Notes under the pieces: generated by a model | What the model saw: the letters and a program-made list of their open reading frames with translations, nothing else | Database searches by the model: none | What the model was told of the DNA's origin: nothing | Shown: positions 55,505-64,000 of the stretch, piece by piece | How positions within the stretch are numbered: position 1 is the stretch's first letter | Layout of the letters: every line of letters starts with the position of its first letter | Source: Amoebidium appalachense | Taxonomy: Eukaryota > Protista > Ichthyosporea | NCBI GenBank assembly: GCA_963693365.1 | Contig: CAVNZM010000016.1 | Span: 62,001 to 126,000, forward strand | Direction: 5' to 3' | Length of the DNA stretch: 64,000 nucleotides | Made by a program: the position numbers and the translations under genes

Positions 55505-55944
55505 GCTGACCGGCGTAGGGAAAGATAGGGAGAATGAAAAGGAGTGAAAAGGAATATATAGCTGTAAGGCTGTGGATGCTAAACACAGAAGATGTGTTTG
55601 TAGCTGCTGATCTGCTAAAAACTGTCGTGCTTATATACCTAAGCCTACCGATCTGAACCAATCAATAATCGATCTAGTGATATGTGAAATCTGATCCGAG
55701 CCAATCATAACTCGGTCTAGTGATCTGTGGTATCTGATGTTTTGACTGGCTAATAGGTGCCCGTGTGCGGGCAGCCAACCGCTAACTGCTAAAACACGAA
55801 ATGAAGCCTACATGGTTATGTTGGTATCGAACACCCATCCTACGTGTTTACCCAGAAAAAATATTTATGTCAATAATTTCCACAAATAAAACCTATACAG
55901 TTGCATATCCTAGATGGGTTTGATATGTTTTGGATGTTCGCGCA

Positions 55945-56293
55945 AGATTGCTGATGTATTGGTGCGGGGGAAGACGAGGACGGTGATGAGGTGCATTTCT
56001 ACGCAAAGGTGGTGCTTCTCTTCACCTGCACTTCAGAGCATCATGGGGACAAGCTTCTGAATCGTGCCTTCGTTCGATACTACACAGAGCGCAGACATCT
56101 GGACGAACACACACGTTGTCCCCGACTGACATGGGGGATGGTTGGTGCGAATGCGCAGCGAAGACCGAGGTACGACGTTATTGACGTCGAGTCTATATTG
56201 GGGATTTTCCACTGCATCCCGGTGAAGGTCCCTGTAGGGGGGAGGAAGGAGTTCCTCGTTAACAAATACGTGCACATGGGTCGTAACTCTTGA
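55945..56293 (+). pseudogene. C-terminal region of a Plavaka-like transposase
   Basis: FYAKVVLLF..AFVRYY..CPRLTW..YDVIDVESILGIFHCIP..FLVNKY resembles, from memory, Plavaka C-termini. Confidence 0.55.
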
Positions 56294-56859
56294 ATTGAGT
56301 GCATGGTTTGTAAATGTCAGGTGTTTTCTATCAGATTATCTTCAGTTTTGTTTTTTTTGTTTATTAAATAAGTTCTTTTGGCACCGCTCTTGATTTACTT
56401 TTAATACATGTACACGCATATGGACTTCATACCGGCATGTTCACCGCCGTCTATACGCTACACTGTTCAGCTTTCCGCAATATAATTATCCCACTACTAT
56501 AATCCCCTGCCGTTCCAGGCACCCAGAAACTCTGCTAGTTCTTGTACCCCCTCCGAATCAGCATCCTATTCGTTCTCTTATGTATTCTCTCTCAAGTATG
56601 CCAGCATTCCCACGAAACCCCCATAAAACATCCATTGTTATATGTATCCAGAAGGCCGTGCCACCAGTTATTATTTACAATTTTACAAGAAAATTATTAA
56701 CATCTATATTACACATACCTGCCTAATGATAGTGGCCCGGTATCATATAGCTATACAGCAGCCCCTCCAGATGCTCAATTAAAATGTACACAGCTTGGTT
56801 TTTTACTACCAGTGCTAATTTCTATGATTTCAACATGGCCTGCCATGACCTTCCTATCG

Positions 56860-58900
56860 ATACGGTAAACCCATCCATCAGGCGGGGTTTTCAGACGTCT
56901 TTACGACAACTAATGGTTGTCGAGGACACTCATATGGATATTGTAAACCCATCCATTCGACAGTTGTTTCCGATGTCTTAAGACAGTCTTCCGAGGGGGT
57001 GCAGCAAGACCATCTTATGATGTCGTAATCCGGAGGTGTGCACGACATACAGTGTACATCCAATGTATGGGGTTAGGCGGAGTACCACCATAATATCATC
57101 TTACGATGTCGTAATTTGCAGATGTTTACGACATACACAGTGTATCGTGGACCTTCAAATGGATACTGTAAACCAATCCATCCGGCCGGGCTTCAGACGT
57201 CTATTGACAGTCTCACGTTGGGTGTCGCAAGAGCATGTTACGATGTCGTATACTGGGGGGGTTTACGACAACTAATGGTTGTCGAGGACAATCATATGGA
57301 TATTGTAAACCCATCCATTCGACAGTTGTTTCCGATGTCTTAAGACAGTCTTCCGAGGGGGTGCAGCAAGACCATCTTATGATGTCGTAATCCGGAGGTG
57401 TGCACGACATCCAGTGTACATCCAATGTATGGGGTTAGGAGTACCACCATAATATCATCTTACGATGTCGTAATGTGCAGGTGTTTACGACATACACAGT
57501 GTATCGTGGACCTTCATATGGATACTGTAAACCAATCCATCCGGGGGGTTTCAGACGTCTATTGACAGTCTCACGTTGGGTGTCGCAAGAGCATGTTACG
57601 ATGTCGTATACTGGGGGGGTTTACGACAACTAATGGTTGTCGAGGACACTCATATGGATATTGTAAACCCATCCATTCGACAGTTGATTCCGATGTCTTA
57701 AGACAGTCTTCCGAGGGGGTGCAGCAAGACCATCTTATGATGTCGTAATCCGGAGGTGTGCACGACATACAGTGTACATCCAATGTATGGGGTTAGGAGT
57801 ACCACCATAATATCATCTTACGATGTCGTAATGTGCAGGTGTTTACGACATACACAGTGTATCGTGGACCTTCAAATGGATACTGTAAACCAATCCATAC
57901 GGCGGGGTTTCAGACGTCCAGCGACAGTCTCACGTGGGCTGTCGTAAGAGCATGTTACGATGTCGTACACAGGTGGGGTTTACGACAACTAATGGTTGTC
58001 GAGGACATTCGTATGGATATTGTAAACCCATCCATTCGACAGTTATTTCCGACGTCGGAAGACAGTCTTCCGAGGGGGTGCAGCAAGACCATCTTATGAT
58101 GTCGTAATCCGGAGGTGTGCACGACATCCAGTGTACATCCAATGTATGGGGTTAGGAGTACCACCATAATATCATCTTACGATGTCGTAATGTGCAGGTC
58201 TTTACGACATACACAGTGTATCGTGGACCTTCATATGGATACTGTAAACCAATCCATCCGGCGGGGTTTCAGACGTCTATTGACAGTCTCACGTGGGGTG
58301 TCGTAAGAGCATGTTACGATGTCGTACTCAGGTGGGGTTTACGACAACTAATGGTTGTCGAGGACATTCATATGGATATTGTAAACCCATCCATACGACA
58401 GTTATTTCCGACGTCGTAGGACTGTCTTCCGAGGGGTGCAGCAAGACCATCTTATGATGTCGTAATCCGGAGGTGTGCACGACATCCAGTGTACATCCAA
58501 TGTATGGGGTTAGGAGTACCACCATAATATCATCTTACGATGTCGTAATGTGCAGGTGTTTACGACATACACAGTGTATCGTGGACCTTCATATGGATAC
58601 TGTAAACCAATCCATACGGCGGGGTTTCAGACGTCTACTAGCGACAGTCTCACGTGGGGTGTCGTAAGAGCATGTTACGATGTCGTACACAGGTGGGGTT
58701 TACGACAACTAATGGTTGTCGAGGACATTCGTATGGATATTGTAAACCCATCCATTCGACAGTTATTTCCGACGTCGTAAGACAGTCTTCCGAGGGGGTG
58801 CAGCAAGACCATCTTATGATGTCGTAATCCGGAGGAGTGCACGCCGTCATCCAGTGTACATCCAATGTATGGGGTTAGGAGTACCACGAAAGTTGTGGTT
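56860..58900. repeat. ~359-bp tandem array, ~5.6 copies, palindrome-rich
   Basis: ttacgacaactaatggttgtcgagga at about 56901, 57264, 57621, 57980, 58339 and 58700. Confidence 0.96.
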
Positions 58901-60109
58901 GCTGTAAACCCATCCATAGGTGTGGTTAGGGTTATACATTGGGCTGTCCCAATACTGTCGGTCATCCCTAAAGGGGTCGTAAACCACTCCGCCGACGGTC
59001 TACGACGTCGTCGACGGGTTTGGAGGTTTTTCCTTCATATAGCGTAAACCCATCCATTAGACAGTCCTAAACCAGTGCCAACCCATCGACGAGGTCTTCG
59101 GTGGGGTTACGAGGGGGGGGGGGGGAGATTGCTGATGGAGGTGGTGGTTGAATTGTGCAGCCGTTTGTTGTAATACGTAGTATTTACATATGGTAAGATC
59201 TTCTCAGTTTGTGACACTGTTATGTTTCAGTTCATATGCTTAGTGTAAATGCCACACTCCTATTATGTAAAGTGTAGCATCGATCTCCGATATGCTTGTA
59301 TACTTGTAATCGTGTTGTATCGGCTTTAATCGTGTGTTGTAATATCGATTAGAATATTTATATGTGTGTACACGGATCCACCCACTCAGGGAGAGACGTG
59401 TACATGTTCGTGTGTACATAAATATCTCTGGTTATACTATATATAGTAGTTATGCTATTACTATCTTGTTTGTTGATCTGTGCTCTCTTTTCCTTCCTCT
59501 TTCTCCTTCCTTATTTTCTTTTCTTTCTCTCCTTGTCTTCATGTGTATAATCGTATTTCTTTTCTACTAATATATGTTAGGTAGATTTGTTTTACTTAAT
59601 ACGTGTTCATTGGACGGTAACACACTTAGGCTACACTTAGAATAGCATGTGTGTTTAGACTTCATTAATTCACTTTAGTTTTCATGTGTTGCCGGGCTTT
59701 AACCAATCATCAAGGTTAAGTGTGATATGTCTGAGTCTTTGCAGTATGTCATAGGTTAGAACTTCCTTGATGATGACACGAGTTGATCTTAACTAGTGTC
59801 TGTGTCCTATCGTGTACGTCTCCGCGTACCGGATCTCTCTGAAAGCAATTGGTTCTTAGTGATTGGTTTCTATTAGAGATAGATCTGATTTCCGACTGGT
59901 CGGAAATCATGTATGGATTGGACTTAGAGGAATTTCATGTATTTATTCGAAGATCAGAATAAATTCAGTTCAGTCGTGTCTAAACATTGATGTCTGTTGT
60001 GTACACTGCTCCGATCGTTCCGTGTTTTGTTGTTGTGTGTGTCTGTGGTGTTTTTACACTGCACCACTGTGTCTCTGCTTTCATCCCAAATACTTATACA
60101 ATTTTAACA

Positions 60110-60984
60110 CCGTTTGATGCCAATCGAACCACTTACCACCTCCGCCTATCACCCACAAACCAATGCAGCAAACGAACGGGTACATAGGACATTAAACGAC
60201 TCACTGTCTAAATATATCGATTAGGAATCCAAACAGTGGGACGACCTCTTGCCTTATGTGACACATGCATATAATATAACACCACATAAACTTTCCAAGT
60301 GTCTCCACATTATTTAATGTTTGGGCAAGAGGCACGCCAAATTCCTGACGTAGCTCTCTTGCTGGATAACCATCCAGCTCTGAAATACAAGGAATGGCCA
60401 GAATATCCGAGTCGTGAGTGGCTTCTTAAACGAATCCCGGTATATCGTGCGGTGGTGCAACAAAGATAAGCAAAAAGGGCCTGCACCCACCCCCTTCCCT
60501 TGCCCGTGTGTTCCAGCCTGGTGACAAAGCATTAATAAAACATCAGGCTAAAAACCCCGGAAAATGGGATGCTAAATGGTACATGGGTTCGAGACAGTCA
60601 AGCTTGTTGGTCGATTCACTTATCATTGAAAAAAGACAAAAGACACGAAATCGCAAATGTTCACATACAATGTGGATGATTTGAAGCTTGACATAGATGT
60701 TGCATCACGGGTGGCCCCTCAAGATCTCTTTGACCTCCCTGTGGGTGGTCAAGATCATGGCTGGGACACCATTCTACCAGATGAACTGGAAGTGGAACAT
60801 ATTCTTGACGTGCGCCAAATATAAAAAACGCAAACACAGTTTTCCACAATACCAATATCTTATCAGGTGGAAAAACAAAGATTCGAGTCATGATAGTTGG
60901 GAAATGGAGAAAAATCTCAATTGCCCTGATCTTCTGCTCGAATTCAAACAGGCCCATGGCCTTGTCGGTAAAAAGAAATTGTAA
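60110..60984 (+). pseudogene. Degenerate Ty3/gypsy integrase plus chromodomain
   Basis: Remnants AYHPQTN, ERVHRTL, WDDLLPYVTHAYN, SPHYLMFG; chromodomain EVEHILD..YLIRWK..HDSWE..NLNCPDLL. Confidence 0.85.
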
Positions 60985-61064
60985 TTTCCCAAATTTGGCA
61001 TTTTTTTCAGCTTGCTGATTGGTTGCCAAAGGCTTGTCGGGACGACAAGACTTACGGGGGGTTT

Positions 61065-62086
61065 TGTAAGTATCCCGTCCGAAATGTGGGTCGGATCGGG
61101 TTACGGATCATCCAAATCGCCGGGCTCAATCCGATTTCTGAATCCGGATTGCCATTGTAGACCAATCGACCTAGATCAAGGACCACTATGATTGGCTGTA
61201 GCTATGTGCGAGAGGCTTCAAGTTCCCAGGCTGGCTGTGATATAAGGGCCTAGCGTGGTCCATTTTCCCTCTTCTTAGAAGGCTTGTCTTTCTTTCGATC
61301 ATAGCTTAGCAGCCTGGTGTAAGTGATTGTGCTTTTAGGTAGCACTAGGTCGACTCTATTGTGTTATACACTCTTGAGGTTCGACATCCCACTCGCACAT
61401 GTTAGAAAGACTTATTTATACAACACCTATGATAAGCTGCACCCGGCATTTAGCGTCATCATCGTAATCTATTGGGATTGGATACTGACTGAATGCGGTA
61501 GATCCTACAGTCAGCAGCTACTCATTAGATTTCCATCCCAGCTAGGGGTCTGTAAATCTATCTCAAAAAAGGTACCTAAATATCAAGTGGCTCTTTCTCG
61601 ATCTATTGTAAACAACTGTACACATGAACTGTACATGTTTACTAAAGAATGTGATCTACTAGCACACGATTCGTGCTTTGTCATGAATATCACATAAATA
61701 TTATGTCCGCACCAATAGGACTCACTCTGACCTAAGAATTGAACCATATATGGTTCTTCAGCTGCATACCACATAAACGAAGTGAACCAATAAGAGGTTT
61801 GCATAAATAGGACAAAGGTCTGACTGGCTCGGACCGCACCAGAATCACGAATGGCATGTTGCCACCCGCGCTGGCCGCGGATGAACCAATCCTGGGCCTT
61901 GATCCGAAACCTGGGGGCTATATAAGAAAGCCGTCCCAGTACGGGGATCACATCAGTGAAGTCTGAGACAGACTGAGTCGGCCCATAGTAAAAGCAACCT
62001 GGCCGCGTGTGCCTTTCTACCCGTTCTCTGTCTTTATTTTGATTCAGTTGTACTCTGCCTTATCCTAACTAGTCCAACTGTTTACA
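61065..62086 (+). mobile_element. LTR (1022 bp) of a chromovirus-like element
   Basis: TGTAA...TTACA termini; G-run PPT (61056-61061) before it; PBS after it. Confidence 0.75.
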
Positions 62087-62087
62087 T

Positions 62088-62098
62088 TGGCGACCGCG
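62088..62098 (+). promoter_or_regulatory. Primer binding site TGGCGACCGCG
   Basis: TGG one base after the LTR end. A tRNA-Arg-like 3' end is my guess for the primer. Confidence 0.6.
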
Positions 62099-64000
62099 CA
62101 GTTCAAGAATCTCGCATCCTTCGAATCTCACATCTTTCAATCAGTTCAAGAATCTCACATCTTTCAATCAGCTCAAGAATCTCCCATGGCCGATCACAAT
62201 CCTTTTTACCCCGATGATAGGCACATCTTTCCTTGTCCGGCTTAGAATATATACACCTACAAGTTTGAAGTGGCCAGCCCACCTACACGGAAAGAATTGA
62301 AAGCATGTAAAACTTCTTTTGCTACGACACATCAAAAATGTGAAGAAAAACGAATACACAACGAAACAACGAATACACGAACAAACGAATAAAGAATTGC
62401 TAACGAAACAATGAACTGACGAAAAACGAACCATCACGAATACGCAATGAAATAAAGAATTAACGACAAACGATTGCATAGAGGAAATACGAAATGAATG
62501 CAACACGAAAACAAAACGAAGTAACGAAGTTATCAACTGACAAAAAACGAAAAACGAAAGCAAAATGAACTGGAAATACGAAAATGAAAGGACGAATGCA
62601 CAACACTGCTTGGGTTGCAATGCACACAGCCCCCTCTATGTTAGGAAGAAAATAAAACCGTTGCCCTTGCGTGCATTGCCCTATTGCACACTGCCATCGT
62701 GTCCATGCCACTGCATGCACGTCCACACTCGCAAGCCAGATGCACGGCCACTTTCAGCACAAATGCACTTAACGAAGAAGATAGTCGCTGTTGCTATAGC
62801 ATGTAGGACCTAAGATCTTATGAAAGTAGTGTTGCATGCATGCTTCGAATCCCTTGCTGTTCTCGAATACAGCATGCCCCATAGTTTAGCGCCCAGGATG
62901 CACAACATGCGCATGAATGTATGCTGGCATGCCTAAACACATTACGAACATATGCCTGACTCATGTATGGCGGCCCTTCCTGGTGCCACGCCCTAACGAA
63001 TTTGCACTCTTGGTGCACAAAAGGCATGTAATAAAGTCGATGCAGAACTTTTGTTCATGCATGTGAAAAACAAAGAAGGTGTTGGGTACGAATTTTAAGG
63101 TGAATGCCCGTCTGTGGCAATACGGTGTAACATACTAATTACACTGTCAAGCCTTGCACTAGCTGCCGGCACACCCCCACCAGAACAAAAGAATGTGGTA
63201 TGGGCACCGCTCCCTCACAACCCCATCATACAGTGTCAGTATTTTGGCTGGAAGCCTTTCAGTTTCGAATTACGAATACCCTCCTTCACTACTGAAGAAA
63301 GTGACGTGGAAGACAAATACGAATACGAATGCAAGGTGTTGTTGACTAACACATCGGACCATCATGTGTACCTACTAGGCCCTGGTACGGAGGTGACCAT
63401 GTTATTCCCTTGCAATATGATGACACTGTAACAATTTAGCACGTGCATACCCCACCAATGGGCACATGCGGGAGACAACCCCACAAGCTGCCTTATTGGG
63501 CACCTCTGCTAAAACGAATATTCTTCTCACGAAGGAACAGAAGAATGCCACGAACACGAACCACACACTCCCCAGGCAGCTACTTACGTCTGATGTATGA
63601 AAGTAGTAGGTGTGTGAATTGGGTAACTCCATGAACACCAACACGAAAGAAAGCACAGCACAAAGCAGTTCCACGAACACGAATGGTTTTGGTTTTCCAC
63701 ACAACGAACAGAACCAACAGTAGGGCCACCTACAAATGAAGCAGAGGATGGGGCACCATCCAGACCTGCACTGGAGGATATGAAAACACGAAGCGCGCTC
63801 ACGAAGTTGCTTACAAAAGAAAGGGCGACTGTGACGACTTTTCTTTTTAGGCCAAGCCTCCAGAAGAATGTATTATGCCTGGAATCCCCCTGCTCAACGA
63901 AAATGGCTGGCAAATGGGATACGAAAACTGCTCACGAATGGAAGCATGTGTTTTCTGAAGAAGGCTTGCTTTGCCTACCCTCTTCTTATGAATTATGAAC

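Larger units (their letters stand above)
45292..55894 (-). mobile_element. Full-length Ngaro-like element (A1 55544-55891, gag, pol, YR, B1, A2, U, B2 ending 45292), interrupted by a nested copy
   Basis: Removing the nested copy restores gtgggtgaaaaggaatatatagctg, as seen intact at 19766-19791. Confidence 0.93.

Noticed and set aside
45519-55891. Giant palindrome or TIR element
   Set aside because: Explained by two family members nested in opposite orientation.

Overview
Eukaryotic, gene-poor and almost entirely repeat-derived window with (GT)n, poly-C/G and (CT)n tracts and GT-AG introns. The host lineage cannot be determined from the sequence, and nearly all long CV/HT/PP/GG ORFs are microsatellite artefacts. 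Real content: (1) A family of tyrosine-recombinase retrotransposons with split direct repeats (A1-gag-RT/RNaseH-YR-B1-A2-B2, no methyltransferase; Ngaro-like). Copies: 5'-truncated at 4821-7514, a degenerate head-to-tail dimer at 19554-28124, a solo A repeat at 43654-43991, and a near-intact minus-strand copy at 45292-55894 with a plus-strand copy (45516-50683) nested in it. (2) An APE-RT non-LTR retrotransposon family (976-2623, 29886-33340, fragments at 7852-7980 and 35846-36077). (3) Spliced exons of Plavaka/CMC-like transposase pseudogenes. (4) A degenerate chromodomain Ty3/gypsy element with a 1022-bp LTR. (5) Several tandem arrays. The most interesting inferences are an alternative-splicing scheme that would express both ATG-less Ngaro ORFs (pol and YR) from one gag donor, and a LINE whose inserted unit continues about 196 nt past an internal poly(A). 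All alignments were made by eye, so coordinates may be off by a few bases.
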